Assembly (NCBI GenBank): GCA_035717985.1
Contig: DASTHW010000014.1
Location: 145,691 to 209,690 of the forward strand
Direction of reading: 5' to 3'
DNA length: 64,000 nucleotides
From: Candidatus Saccharimonadales bacterium
GTDB taxonomy: Bacteria; Patescibacteriota; Saccharimonadia; Saccharimonadales; UBA10212
Positions 9,731 through 19,727 of this stretch are shown in pieces. Made by a program: the position numbers and the translations under genes. The notes under the pieces were generated by a model. It was not told the origin of the DNA. It worked only from the letters and a program-made list of their open reading frames with translations, and did no database searches. The stretch's first letter is position 1. Each line of letters opens with the position of its first letter.

Positions 9731-10930
9731 GTGGAAATGGATTTTAAACAACTAGCCCAAGCTATTAGAGTAATAGCCGAGGAAAAAAACTTGCCGGAAG
9801 ACCAGGTAGCCGATGTAGTTCAGCAGGCCCTAGCCGCCGCGTGGCGCCGCGATTACGGCGACCGCGAGCAGGAAGTGCGGGTAACTATGAACTTAAATAC
9901 CGGCGAGGTGACAGCCTACGTTACTAAAGAGATTGTTGACGATGTAGAAAACCCCAATACCCAGATAGGCCTATCAGCCGCCCAACTTATCCGTAAAAAT
10001 GCCAAAGTCGGCGAAACGATAGAGCAGAGCCAGAAGGTAGAGGATTTTGGCCGGGTGGCCGCTCAAACCGCCAAACAGGTGATCTTGCAAAGACTGCGCG
10101 AAGCCGAGCGCGAGATTGTGCTGGCTGAATATGAAGATAAGATCGGTGCCCTGGTTAACGGCATCATCAGCCGGGTGGAGGGCCGCTTGGTGCGGGTTGA
10201 ACTGGGCCGGGCACAAGGTATTATGCCGGCCAGTGAACAAATTCAGGGCGAGCGCTACTACCCTGGTCAGCGCCTTAAGTTTTTCTTAAAGGATGTTGAA
10301 AAAGGTTTTCGTGGGCCCCAGCTGATAGTCAGCCGCGGTAACCGAGAGTTTGTAGAGCAGTTATTCCGCGGCGAGGTCCCGGAAATGGAAAATAACTCTG
10401 TCGAAATTAAGGAAATCGCCCGTGAAGCCGGCGTTAGATCTAAAATCGCTGTGGCCAGTAGCGTGCCGGGCGTGGATCCAGTTGGTACTTTTGTGGGCGG
10501 CCACGGTACCCGCATTAACGCCGTTCGAGACGAGATTGGCAGTCAAGAGATGATAGACATAGTGGTTTGGGATGAGGACCCGGCTACCTTCATTTCTAAC
10601 GCTATGAAGCCGGCTAACATAGCTAAGGTGGAACTTGATGAGTCCAATAAAAAGGCAAGGGTAATTGTAGCGGAAGACCAGCTATCGATTGCCATTGGTA
10701 AATCCGGTCAAAATGTCCGCCTGGCCGGCAAGCTTACCGGTTACGACCTAGACGTCGAAGCCGAAAAGACAGAGGGAGCGGCCGAGCCTAAAGCTGGCGG
10801 CGAGGAAGCTCAGGCCCGCCCGGTGGTGCAAAAGCTGAAGAAAAAGAGCGAGCTGGAGTCCAGCCTGCTATCAGCTATCGAAGAGCACGGCACCGACAGC
10901 GAGCCGCAAAAAGACGAGCAAGCAAAGTAA
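9731..10930 (+). CDS. nusA: transcription termination/antitermination factor NusA
   Basis: 399 aa with the NusA N-terminus, S1 and two KH regions (PQLIVSRGNREFVEQLF, SIAIGKSGQNVRLAGKLTG) and an acidic tail. The start is GTG 9731 or ATG 9737. Confidence 0.93.
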   Translation: MEMDFKQLAQAIRVIAEEKNLPEDQVADVVQQALAAAWRRDYGDREQEVRVTMNLNTGEVTAYVTKEIVDDVENPNTQIGLSAAQLIRKNAKVGETIEQSQKVEDFGRVAAQTAKQVILQRLREAEREIVLAEYEDKIGALVNGIISRVEGRLVRVELGRAQGIMPASEQIQGERYYPGQRLKFFLKDVEKGFRGPQLIVSRGNREFVEQLFRGEVPEMENNSVEIKEIAREAGVRSKIAVASSVPGVDPVGTFVGGHGTRINAVRDEIGSQEMIDIVVWDEDPATFISNAMKPANIAKVELDESNKKARVIVAEDQLSIAIGKSGQNVRLAGKLTGYDLDVEAEKTEGAAEPKAGGEEAQARPVVQKLKKKSELESSLLSAIEEHGTDSEPQKDEQAK

Positions 10931-11001
10931 GTTAAGTTCTAGAGGCCCCTAGTCGCCTTAGAATCATAAGCGGATTATAGTGGTTATGCTACAATCCGCT
11001 T

Positions 11002-11337
11002 ATGAATGTAAAATCAGCATTCAAGCGTGCCAATGCCGTAGACACTTTTTCTCTACAGAAAGATACTTATCGCTTTGGCAGGATCTTCGGCGCAATACTC
11101 CTAGTTGAATACTTTATTCTAGCTAATTCCCCCACGGATGATACTGGACTCATGGTAGTCCTCTTAATAATATTAGTGTTTCTGCCACTTGATTTGATTC
11201 TATGGGTGCTGAATCTTACCAATTTCTTTATGCTAGTTAAAAATAAACGCATAGTTCCTGGGAGTCTTCTCTATTGGTCGCTGGCTTTTACTTTTATAAT
11301 GCCGTGTATCTTTCTCTTCTTACTACGAAATCATTAA
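11002..11337 (+). CDS. hypothetical small membrane protein in low-GC islet
   Basis: 111 aa with 2-3 hydrophobic helices. GC is clearly lower than the flanks. TGCTACAAT at 10987-10995 lies 6 nt before the ATG. Confidence 0.55.
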   Translation: MNVKSAFKRANAVDTFSLQKDTYRFGRIFGAILLVEYFILANSPTDDTGLMVVLLIILVFLPLDLILWVLNLTNFFMLVKNKRIVPGSLLYWSLAFTFIMPCIFLFLLRNH

Positions 11338-11377
11338 GGCGAGAACTAAAATTCTATAATTTAAATTGACGCCTGAA

Positions 11378-11404
11378 TTAGCACTCTTGACTTGAGAGTG
11401 CTAA
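11378..11404. promoter_or_regulatory. CIRCE inverted repeat (HrcA operator consensus) upstream of clpC
   Basis: TTAGCACTC-TTGACTTGA-GAGTGCTAA is an exact match to the TTAGCACTC-N9-GAGTGCTAA consensus. It is part of a 30-nt block identical to 35333-35362. Confidence 0.85.
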
Positions 11405-11535
11405 TTCGTGATATCATGAATAGGTACTTTTGACGTTTCAGTTAAAGACCTTACAGCTAGTCTTAAGCACTAAAAATAGAATAAACTCGAATGAGAATTC
11501 TTTAAGTAAATAGAAAGGATTCAAAGTATAAGCCT

Positions 11536-14025
11536 ATGATGCCAAATAGCCCAGATTTTCAAGATTTTTTGAGCCATTTAACCAATAACGCTTTGCATAG
11601 CCTAAAGCACGCTGACGCTATTGCCCGCGCCAGCGGCAGTGCCTATATTGGCACCGAGCATCTACTTTTAGGAATTTTGGCTCAAGAGGGCTCGATGGGC
11701 TCTAAGATTCTTAGCGGCGTAGGCGTAACACTTGACCGGGCCCGTTTGGCGCTGAATCTAACCCCTAAAACCTTAGTTATAAGTATGGGCGCAAAGGGTC
11801 TGTCTGAGACTGCTAAACTGACGCTTAAAATGGCCTGGGAAATTGCCCAGGAATTTAACCAGGACTTCTGTGGTACCGAGCACGTTTTATACAGTATTTT
11901 GAGCCAAAAGAATGCTCGGGCGACTACGCTACTGCGCGATATGAGTGTAGATGTGGATCAATTGTCCAGCGAGGTGGAGCAGTTTTTAAACCGTCAGCAA
12001 TACGAAGAGGAAGGCCGGCTGACCGGCACGGCTGGCCGCGCTAAAGGCGGCAAAAAGACAGCCTTAGAATTTTACGGGACTGATTTAACCGATCTTGCCC
12101 GCCAGGGCAAATTAGACCCGGTGGTGGGCCGTGAAGCCCAGATCCGCCGGCTAATTACCATTCTTAACCGGCGCACCAAAAACAACCCCGTGCTGATTGG
12201 CGAGCCCGGCGTTGGTAAAACGGCCATCGTGGAGGGTATTGCCCAGCGTATTGTCAATGAAGAGGTACCCGACAGTCTGCTGGATAAGCGGATTATTACT
12301 TTAGATCTTGCCGGCATGATAGCCGGTACCAAGTACCGCGGTGAGTTTGAGGAACGTCTGAAAAAAATCCTAGCTGAACTAGAAAAGGATAAAAATATTA
12401 TTGTCTTTATTGACGAGCTTCACCTGATAGTCGGCGCCGGCGCCGCCGAAGGCTCTATGGACGCCGGCAATATGCTTAAACCTTCACTCGCTCGAGGCAA
12501 GATCCGGATGATTGGCGCTACCACTACTGATGAATATTCCAAATACATTGAAAAAGATGCCGCCCTAGAGCGCCGCTTTCAGCCGGTACAGGTGCCGGAA
12601 ACTACACCTAGCGAAACAGTAGCCATTTTGAAAGGCCTACGCAAGCATTACGAGGAATTCCACGGAGTGAAAGTTAGTGACGAAGTGTTATCTGATACTG
12701 TCCAGTTTGCCCGCCGCTATATAAATGACCGCTATATGCCCGATAAAGCCATTGACCTGCTGGACGAGACAGCCGCTTACCTACGCGTCAACAAGGGTAA
12801 AACTCCACCGGAAATGCGGGCTCTGCAAAAAGAGCTAAAGCTGGTTAATACCCGCATTGAAGAAGCCGTAGACAATGAAGATTACGAAAAGGCGGCCCGC
12901 GAAAAACAGCAGGCCAGCCGATTGGGCGAACAAATTAAAGAAATGGAAGCCAAACACCGCACCGGTAAGCCGATTCAGCTGACGTCTGATGATGTAGCCG
13001 AGACCGTAGCCCGGATGACCGGCGTGCCGGTAACTAAAGTGATTAAAAGTGAGGCTAAATATCTGGTTAACCTGGAAAAGAACTTGAGCCGCTATATCAT
13101 CGGCCAGGACGAGGCCGTAGCCACCGTGGCCGGGGCCGTGCGCCGAAGCCGCTCCGGTATTGCCAGTGAAAAGCGTCCGATTGGCTCATTCATATTCCTC
13201 GGCCCAACCGGTGTTGGTAAGACCGAACTGGCTAGAGTTTTAGCCCGTGAGTTTTTTGGTAGTGATAATGCCTTAGTTAAGATCGATATGAGTGAGTTCG
13301 GCGAGCACCACACTGTATCTAGACTAGTTGGCGCTCCGGCCGGTTATGTAGGCTACGATGACGGCGGCCAGCTGACTGATAAAATCCGCCGCCAGCCCTA
13401 TAGCGTGGTGCTGTTTGACGAAATTGAAAAGGCCCACCCTGACGTCTTTAATATGCTCCTGCAAATTCTAGAAGACGGTGTTTTGTCTGACGCTAAGGGC
13501 CGTAAAATTGACTTTACTAATACCATTGTCATCATGACCAGCAACATTGGTGCCGAGAAACTGCAAAAAGAAGCTAACTTTGGCTTTTCTGCTAACAAAG
13601 CCGCTGACCTGAATAACCTGGACGAACTGCATGAGGCCAACAAAGATAAGGTTAATGACGAGCTTAAGAAAATATTGCGCCCAGAACTACTCAACCGGAT
13701 TGATAAAGTCATAGTCTTTAGGGCTCTGACTAAAAAAGACGCTCTAGCTATTTTGGATCTGCAGTTAGACGATTTACGTAATCGCCTAGTCAAAAAGGGC
13801 ATTGGCTTGCAGGTTAGCAAAGCCGCCAAAGAATACCTGCTTGAAGAGGGCTATGACGCTCATAACGGCGCCCGGCCGATGCGGCGTCTGCTCGCCGAAA
13901 CGCTTGAAGATGCTATTGCCGCTGGCCTACTGGACGACAGTTACCACAAGGGTGATGTTGTAACGGTAAGTACCCGGCAAAATAAGGCGCGAAAAGAGCT
14001 GGCTTACAGTTCGCAAGTTGAATAA
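11536..14025 (+). CDS. clpC: ATP-dependent Clp protease ATP-binding subunit ClpC
   Basis: 829 aa with Clp_N repeats, two AAA+ modules ([16 protein letters not shown]), a UVR-like segment ([12 protein letters not shown]) and an xGF loop (NFGF) for ClpP docking. Confidence 0.92.
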   Translation: MMPNSPDFQDFLSHLTNNALHSLKHADAIARASGSAYIGTEHLLLGILAQEGSMGSKILSGVGVTLDRARLALNLTPKTLVISMGAKGLSETAKLTLKMAWEIAQEFNQDFCGTEHVLYSILSQKNARATTLLRDMSVDVDQLSSEVEQFLNRQQYEEEGRLTGTAGRAKGGKKTALEFYGTDLTDLARQGKLDPVVGREAQIRRLITILNRRTKNNPVLIGEPGVGKTAIVEGIAQRIVNEEVPDSLLDKRIITLDLAGMIAGTKYRGEFEERLKKILAELEKDKNIIVFIDELHLIVGAGAAEGSMDAGNMLKPSLARGKIRMIGATTTDEYSKYIEKDAALERRFQPVQVPETTPSETVAILKGLRKHYEEFHGVKVSDEVLSDTVQFARRYINDRYMPDKAIDLLDETAAYLRVNKGKTPPEMRALQKELKLVNTRIEEAVDNEDYEKAAREKQQASRLGEQIKEMEAKHRTGKPIQLTSDDVAETVARMTGVPVTKVIKSEAKYLVNLEKNLSRYIIGQDEAVATVAGAVRRSRSGIASEKRPIGSFIFLGPTGVGKTELARVLAREFFGSDNALVKIDMSEFGEHHTVSRLVGAPAGYVGYDDGGQLTDKIRRQPYSVVLFDEIEKAHPDVFNMLLQILEDGVLSDAKGRKIDFTNTIVIMTSNIGAEKLQKEANFGFSANKAADLNNLDELHEANKDKVNDELKKILRPELLNRIDKVIVFRALTKKDALAILDLQLDDLRNRLVKKGIGLQVSKAAKEYLLEEGYDAHNGARPMRRLLAETLEDAIAAGLLDDSYHKGDVVTVSTRQNKARKELAYSSQVE

Positions 14026-14046
14026 AACCTGACATAATAGCAGTCA

Positions 14047-15009
14047 ATGCGCCGCTATTTAAAGATTCTGTCAGTTGGTGGCCTGTTGGCTATAATTGTC
14101 TTGCTGATTATGGCCCTGACTCACCTCCAGGCCATAGAAGATTGGCAAAAATTACGTGGCTATAACCCGCCGGCGGCTATTACGGAACTAGCCGATCAAG
14201 ACACTATGACGGCCTATACGCGACATGTTTTTTACGTAAATCATCCGCAGATTGTTAGCGGGGTAGCTAACTTTCGCAAGGATTGCCCGGAAAGCGAGCA
14301 GACCATCGTGCTGGGCTGTTACCGATCTGGCCAAAACGGCATCTTTATTTATAATGTGCCCAATTCCCAGCTTTACGGCATTGCCCAGGTAACAGCCGCG
14401 CACGAAGTTCTGCACGCTGCCTATGCCCGTTTGAGCTCTAAAGACAAAGCCTATGTAGACGGCTTACTGCAGGATTATTACAAGCACGACTTAACCGATC
14501 AGCGGATTTTGGGTGAGATAAAACTCTATAAGCAAACCGAGCCAAACAACGTTGTCGATGAAATGCATTCAGTTTTTGGTACCGAGGCGGACAACTTACC
14601 TAAGCCACTGGAGAATTATTACAAACGCTATTTTTCTAACCGGTCGGTTATTGTTAACTTTAGCCAAAACTATCAATCTGAATTTGCCAGCCGCATCAAC
14701 CGAGTAAAGGCAGACGACCAAAAACTAGCCGCCATGAAGGCTCAAATTGACGCCCTGGAGCAGTCTTTAAACAGTCAGCTGACAGTCATCCAGTCTCAAC
14801 GGGCTCAGGTGCAATCTAGTAATGACCCAGGCCAAATTAACCGCTACAACGCCGAAGTCACGGCTTACAATAACGGAGTCGCTGATTTGCAAAGTCAAAT
14901 TAGCACCTATAACCAATTGGTCGATGAGCGTAATGCCATTGCGGCCGACATCGCCAGTTTACAAAATTCTATTGATACGCGCCTTCAGCCCAAGGCCAAG
15001 GCCCAGTAA
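14047..15009 (+). CDS. membrane-anchored hypothetical protein with HExxH motif and Q-rich coiled-coil tail
   Basis: 320 aa with an N-terminal TM helix (ILSVGGLLAIIVLLIMAL) and AAHEVLHAAY (HExxH). The C-terminal ~100 aa show a heptad-like Q/A/L pattern. Confidence 0.6.
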   Translation: MRRYLKILSVGGLLAIIVLLIMALTHLQAIEDWQKLRGYNPPAAITELADQDTMTAYTRHVFYVNHPQIVSGVANFRKDCPESEQTIVLGCYRSGQNGIFIYNVPNSQLYGIAQVTAAHEVLHAAYARLSSKDKAYVDGLLQDYYKHDLTDQRILGEIKLYKQTEPNNVVDEMHSVFGTEADNLPKPLENYYKRYFSNRSVIVNFSQNYQSEFASRINRVKADDQKLAAMKAQIDALEQSLNSQLTVIQSQRAQVQSSNDPGQINRYNAEVTAYNNGVADLQSQISTYNQLVDERNAIAADIASLQNSIDTRLQPKAKAQ

Positions 15010-15011
15010 CC

Positions 15012-15045
15012 CTTTTGCCACCTTTTCGGTAAAAGGTGGCAAAAG
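15012..15045 (+). terminator. perfect 15-bp hairpin after the 14047-15009 gene
   Basis: CTTTTGCCACCTTTT-cggt-AAAAGGTGGCAAAAG. The downstream U-tract is only weak, so terminator function is inferred. Confidence 0.55.
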
Positions 15046-15086
15046 ACTTGGTTCTTTAGCGAAAGAACATTCTATATAATTAGTTT

Positions 15087-16433
15087 ATGGCTAAGAAAAC
15101 TTTGGGGGTTCGCTTTGTTTGTAGTGCCTGCGGTGCCGAGTATTTATCCTGGACCGGTAAATGCCAGACCTGCGGGCAGTGGAATAGCCTGACCGAGCAG
15201 GTCCAAATATCGGCTGAATCAGCCGGCACCAGCGGGATACGCCTGGCTTCCGAATCTATTGCTAAGGCTGTGACTGATGACGCCAAAAGGCTATTGACCG
15301 GCATTGGCGGGGTAGATGAGGTCTTAGGCGGAGGTTTAGTCGCCGGTAGTGTTAATTTGCTGGCCGGTCAGCCCGGTATCGGTAAAAGTACGCTCTTACT
15401 CCAAATAGCCCATAACGCGGCTAGCCGGCACAAGGTTCTATATGTTAGCGGCGAAGAATCCGTCCGCCAAATAGCCCTTCGGGCTCAGCGGCTGGGGACT
15501 CGCGCCAGCAATCTCCAGCTGGCGGTGTCGGCTAGCGCCAATGACGTCTCGGCTACCATTGCCGCCGGCCAATTTGATTTAGTGATAGTAGATTCCATCC
15601 AGACCATGGCAGTAGCTGAAGTCGCCTCGCCGGCCGGCTCGGTTAGCCAAATTACCAATAGTACTCAACTGCTTAGCGCTGGCGCAAAAGCCACGGGCAC
15701 GGCCCTGATATTGGTCGGACACGTCACTAAAGAGGGCTCCATCGCCGGCCCCAAAGTGTTGGAGCACGTAGTTGACGTGGTCTTACAGCTAGAGGGAGAC
15801 CGCTATGGCGGCTTCAAAATCCTGCGCGGTGTTAAAAACCGCTATGGCTCCACTAACGAGACGGCTATTTTTGAAATGAGCGACAAGGGCCTATCCTTAG
15901 TAGACAACCCATCTTCGGCCTTACTGGCAGAGCGTCAAGCTAGCGATGGTTCGATTGTCCATGCCTGCCTGGAGGGTAGCCGGGCTATCCTGGTAGAAAT
16001 TCAGGCACTAGTTAATCGTACTAGCTATGGCTACCCCAAGCGTACGGCCAGCGGCATCGATTTAAATCGTATTAATCTACTGATTGCCATGTTGGAGAGA
16101 CGGACTAAACTAAAACTGGCCGATAAGGACATCTACGTTAACGTCGTTGGCGGCATAAAGTTAACCGAGCCGGCGGCCGACCTGGCGGTCTGCATGGCTA
16201 TTGCTAGTGCTGACCGAGGCATGCAGTTATCGAAGAACTTAGTAGTGTTTGGCGAAGTCGGTTTAGCTGGCGAAGTGCGTCATGTGCCGCAAATTGAAAA
16301 GCGTCTAGTGGAGGCTAAAAAATTGGGTTTTGATGGTGCCGTTGGCCCGCTGGTGCGCTCCGGCAAAAAGCCAGCTGGCCTGTCGACGGTGAGTGACGTC
16401 CGCTCAGCCCTCAATAGCTTTTTAGAAGACTAA
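15087..16433 (+). CDS. radA: DNA repair protein RadA/Sms
   Basis: 448 aa with a zinc ribbon (CSACGAEYLSWTGKCQTCGQWNS), Walker A (GQPGIGKST), KNRYG and a Lon-like C-terminal domain. TATAAT at 15075-15080 lies 6 nt before the ATG. Confidence 0.95.
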   Translation: MAKKTLGVRFVCSACGAEYLSWTGKCQTCGQWNSLTEQVQISAESAGTSGIRLASESIAKAVTDDAKRLLTGIGGVDEVLGGGLVAGSVNLLAGQPGIGKSTLLLQIAHNAASRHKVLYVSGEESVRQIALRAQRLGTRASNLQLAVSASANDVSATIAAGQFDLVIVDSIQTMAVAEVASPAGSVSQITNSTQLLSAGAKATGTALILVGHVTKEGSIAGPKVLEHVVDVVLQLEGDRYGGFKILRGVKNRYGSTNETAIFEMSDKGLSLVDNPSSALLAERQASDGSIVHACLEGSRAILVEIQALVNRTSYGYPKRTASGIDLNRINLLIAMLERRTKLKLADKDIYVNVVGGIKLTEPAADLAVCMAIASADRGMQLSKNLVVFGEVGLAGEVRHVPQIEKRLVEAKKLGFDGAVGPLVRSGKKPAGLSTVSDVRSALNSFLED

Positions 16434-16440
16434 ATATTTT

Positions 16441-19400
16441 TTAAAACAGCAGTAGCAGTTTGTTTTTGAAAAAACTATCAAGGAAACCAAAATCGCCCGG
16501 GCAGATTCGGTGATGGCCCGGCTTACAGTCTGGGAAGGGGTAATTGATGCCGGTGCCGCCCCCGCCTCCACCAGTCTGTCCGCCGCCGTTTCCGCCACCG
16601 GTCTGACCACCTTGAGTTGTGCTGGTATAGCTAATGGTGACACTACTTGAGGCGCCTTGGTAGAGCACGCTATCGACGACTTGGGCCGAGATAGTAGCCG
16701 TGCCGGTACCGCTGGGAGGAGTATAAGTATACGACTTAGTAGTCGAGCTGGCATCAGCGGCTCCCAGGCTGACTTTATTTACGGATTGCCCATTAACCAG
16801 GAACTCAACATAACCGCCGCCGGCCGAGGCGTACTGCGAATCATATAGCGGGTGGGTACCGGCCGAGACGGTGGCTACGAACTGACAGGTGCCATTGCAG
16901 GTGGCCGAACCTGAAGCAGTAGAAGAATTCCCATCACTGCCGTTGACCGTTAGCGTAATAGTTGGGGCTTGATCACTACAGCTGTGGACGCTATCAGTCC
17001 CTAGCGAGCTGGCGGCATTAGCTGTCTGGGTAGACGCATTATTGCCGGGCGGATAGAAGTCATCCACCGAAAAGGCATTGGGGGCGGCATTACCGCCTTC
17101 GGTTTGCTTGGCCATAGCCGGGGTACAGGAGGTAGCTACCTTGCCGGATACTTTGTCAATCGTGATGCTTTGGCTACTGACCGGCGACTGCTTGTACCAG
17201 GAGGGATAAATATCGGTACTCGGGCTAGGCACTATTTCACCGTTACGGCTAATTTTGCTGTGCATAACGTAGGCCGGCAGGTGCTGGATACCGCTGGGTT
17301 CGGTCCAGTTAACAGGCGTAGTGTGCAGGCTGTCTAGCGCGTATTCCATAAAGTTTTTAGTTAGAGGCAGGGTTAGGTTTTCCATGAATGTGGTCAAAGC
17401 TTTATTTCTGGTGTGATAGCCCACCCATGCGCCGACGGCAAACTGAGTGTTCCAGCCCATCATTAATCCATCAAAGCTGTCGTTGGTAGTACCGGTTTTA
17501 ACAGCGGTGTCCCACCCCTTATAATGGTGCCATTTTTCGCCGCCCACCAGGTAGCTGGCATTCGGATCGGACAGCATATTATCGACTATGTAGGCGGCGT
17601 CTTGGCGGACCACTTGCTTACCTTTAGGTTGTTTAAACTGGTAAAAAGTCTTACCGCTGGCGTCTTTTATGCTCAAAATATAGGTCTGCGGGATGGCGTA
17701 GCCTAGGCGAGCTAGGCTAGCCAAACCATTGACATGATTATCAAGGTGGATATAGGCGCCGTCGCCGATGGCTGACGATGAATAACACTGGGTTTCTTCA
17801 GATGGTTTAGCCTCGCTGACGTCGGTGCCAGGCTTATAGCACCTGTAGGCATCAGGAGTGTCCATTAGGGCGTCCGCCGTTTGGATGGTTTTATTAATTG
17901 AGGCTGTGCGGTTAGTGCTGGTGTCGTTGGGCAGGGCCTCGACCATTGCCTTAATAGCCGGCACGTTCCTAGAGCCGCCCAGGGCGTAGCGTAGGGTCTC
18001 CGGGCCTGGATAATTAAAATCATAGTCGTGAGCGCAGTTACCGGTAGGACCGGAGCCGGTTGTACAAGGGTATCCGGGGATCGGGCCCTTACTGTCGTAT
18101 AAAACTGAGCCGGCTCCGACGTTATTGTTATTGTTGATAAAAGTTGTGTAATCATAGGGCTTAAAGCTGGAGCCTGGCGAGACGTTAACACTGTGGGCAA
18201 AGTTCAGCTGGCCGTGGTCGGGATTGGTAAAGTCTGTGCCGCCAACAGCGGCCAGCACCTGGCCGGTTTTTACGTCTTCGGCTACCAGAGCCTCTTCGTC
18301 GCCGCCGTAGCGTTCCAGGTTGGGTAGATTTTTCTGGACCACGCTCTCAGCTTCGCTCTGCAAATCCATATTTACAGTGGTGGTAACTTTCCAGCCACCA
18401 ATCTTATTACAGCCACTGGTGTTGGAGCTGGAGCAGTTGATGAATCTCTGCTGAAGCTCATCTTTAGCAGACAGCACAAAATATGGTGCCTGAATGCCGG
18501 CGTACTTGGTCTGCTGGGGCTGGACCTCGGCCAAAACATCGGTCTTTTTGGCGGCCTGGGCTTGAGCTTTAGTTATGTAGTGGGTCTGAACCATAGAATC
18601 AAGCACGTAGTCATAGCGGCTTAGGAATAACTGCTTATTAAATAGCTCCTTATTATATGGCGAGTAAACTGAGGGCGATTTAGGGATGGCCGCCAGCATA
18701 GCCGCCTCTGGCAGGGTCAAATCTTTAGCACTTTTATGAAAATAGTCGCTGGCGGCCGTCTGGACGCCGTAGTCAACACCGCCGTACGGGGCGGCGTTAA
18801 GATAAGCCGTTAAAATTTCATCCTTGGTATAAGAGCGTTCCAGCTCCACCGCCAAAATCAGCTCTTTTACTTTCCTGGTAATGGTGCGCTGGTCGGTCCA
18901 GTCCAGGTTTAGTTTGACTAACTGCTGGGTGATAGTTGAGCCTCCCTGGGTGCTACCTCTATGAAAAACATCATTAACGGCCGCCCGGACAATACCTTTT
19001 ACGTCAAAGCCGCGCTCATTATAAAAATTGCGGTCCTCGGTAGCTATGGTGGCGTCCTTCATATAAGGAGAAATCTGGTTACTCTCCACCGGCACCCGCT
19101 TAACAGCGTTATAGTCCTCCCACAACAAGGTTTTGCCAGTGCGGTCATAATAGCTGATACTGCCGCCCAGGCTTTGGCCGTTGACCGAAATATCCGGTAA
19201 ATCCTTTCGAAAGTAGGCAAAGACGCCCAGAGTAAAAATAAACAGCACTAAAATGGCAATGCCGGCGGCCTTTAAGGCCATGATGGCACCGTCACGGCTA
19301 AACCAGTACTCAGCCTGCCTACGAGGATTCATCCGCCAGAGAATGCGCTTAAAGCGCGACTTAGGCAGGCCGCGTAGCCTCTGTGACTTACGCAGGGCCT

Positions 19401-19509
19401 TGGCTTCGCGCATGGCCGTCCAGCGGGCGCCGATTGAGCGGTTCACTTTAAGAACACGCCCGCTTCTGGTGGTAATGCGGTTACTCGGGCGCCTTCGTCT
19501 ATCTGCCAT
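16441..19509 (-). CDS. class A penicillin-binding protein (transglycosylase/transpeptidase) with long C-terminal extension
   Basis: 1022 aa with GT51 motifs (EDRNFYNERGFD, GGSTITQQLVK) and transpeptidase motifs SSFK, SRN and KTGTT. About 250 extra S/T/G-rich residues end in a poly-Gly tract. Confidence 0.93.
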   Translation of the reverse strand: MADRRRRPSNRITTRSGRVLKVNRSIGARWTAMREAKALRKSQRLRGLPKSRFKRILWRMNPRRQAEYWFSRDGAIMALKAAGIAILVLFIFTLGVFAYFRKDLPDISVNGQSLGGSISYYDRTGKTLLWEDYNAVKRVPVESNQISPYMKDATIATEDRNFYNERGFDVKGIVRAAVNDVFHRGSTQGGSTITQQLVKLNLDWTDQRTITRKVKELILAVELERSYTKDEILTAYLNAAPYGGVDYGVQTAASDYFHKSAKDLTLPEAAMLAAIPKSPSVYSPYNKELFNKQLFLSRYDYVLDSMVQTHYITKAQAQAAKKTDVLAEVQPQQTKYAGIQAPYFVLSAKDELQQRFINCSSSNTSGCNKIGGWKVTTTVNMDLQSEAESVVQKNLPNLERYGGDEEALVAEDVKTGQVLAAVGGTDFTNPDHGQLNFAHSVNVSPGSSFKPYDYTTFINNNNNVGAGSVLYDSKGPIPGYPCTTGSGPTGNCAHDYDFNYPGPETLRYALGGSRNVPAIKAMVEALPNDTSTNRTASINKTIQTADALMDTPDAYRCYKPGTDVSEAKPSEETQCYSSSAIGDGAYIHLDNHVNGLASLARLGYAIPQTYILSIKDASGKTFYQFKQPKGKQVVRQDAAYIVDNMLSDPNASYLVGGEKWHHYKGWDTAVKTGTTNDSFDGLMMGWNTQFAVGAWVGYHTRNKALTTFMENLTLPLTKNFMEYALDSLHTTPVNWTEPSGIQHLPAYVMHSKISRNGEIVPSPSTDIYPSWYKQSPVSSQSITIDKVSGKVATSCTPAMAKQTEGGNAAPNAFSVDDFYPPGNNASTQTANAASSLGTDSVHSCSDQAPTITLTVNGSDGNSSTASGSATCNGTCQFVATVSAGTHPLYDSQYASAGGGYVEFLVNGQSVNKVSLGAADASSTTKSYTYTPPSGTGTATISAQVVDSVLYQGASSSVTISYTSTTQGGQTGGGNGGGQTGGGGGGTGINYPFPDCKPGHHRICPGDFGFLDSFFKNKLLLLF

Positions 19510-19727
19510 TAAATGTCATTGACTCCTATAACGACTATTATATCAACAAACGGCCTATCAGCTAATGGTTAATCATCTGAAAGATCGGACCGGTCAGTAA
19601 GGTATACTATCACTAATAAATGTTAACTATATGTCTGAGAATTAGCTTATGAATCCCGTTAGAAGTAAGTATTTTATTAAAAATAAAATCTGCCATTTGC
19701 TTGGCGTGGAAATGGACTTCTAGCGGG

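Noticed and set aside
19510-19727. Possible T-box riboswitch upstream of tyrS
   Set aside because: I looked for the conserved T-box sequence (AGGGTGGNACCGCG-like) and a specifier/antiterminator layout and found none.
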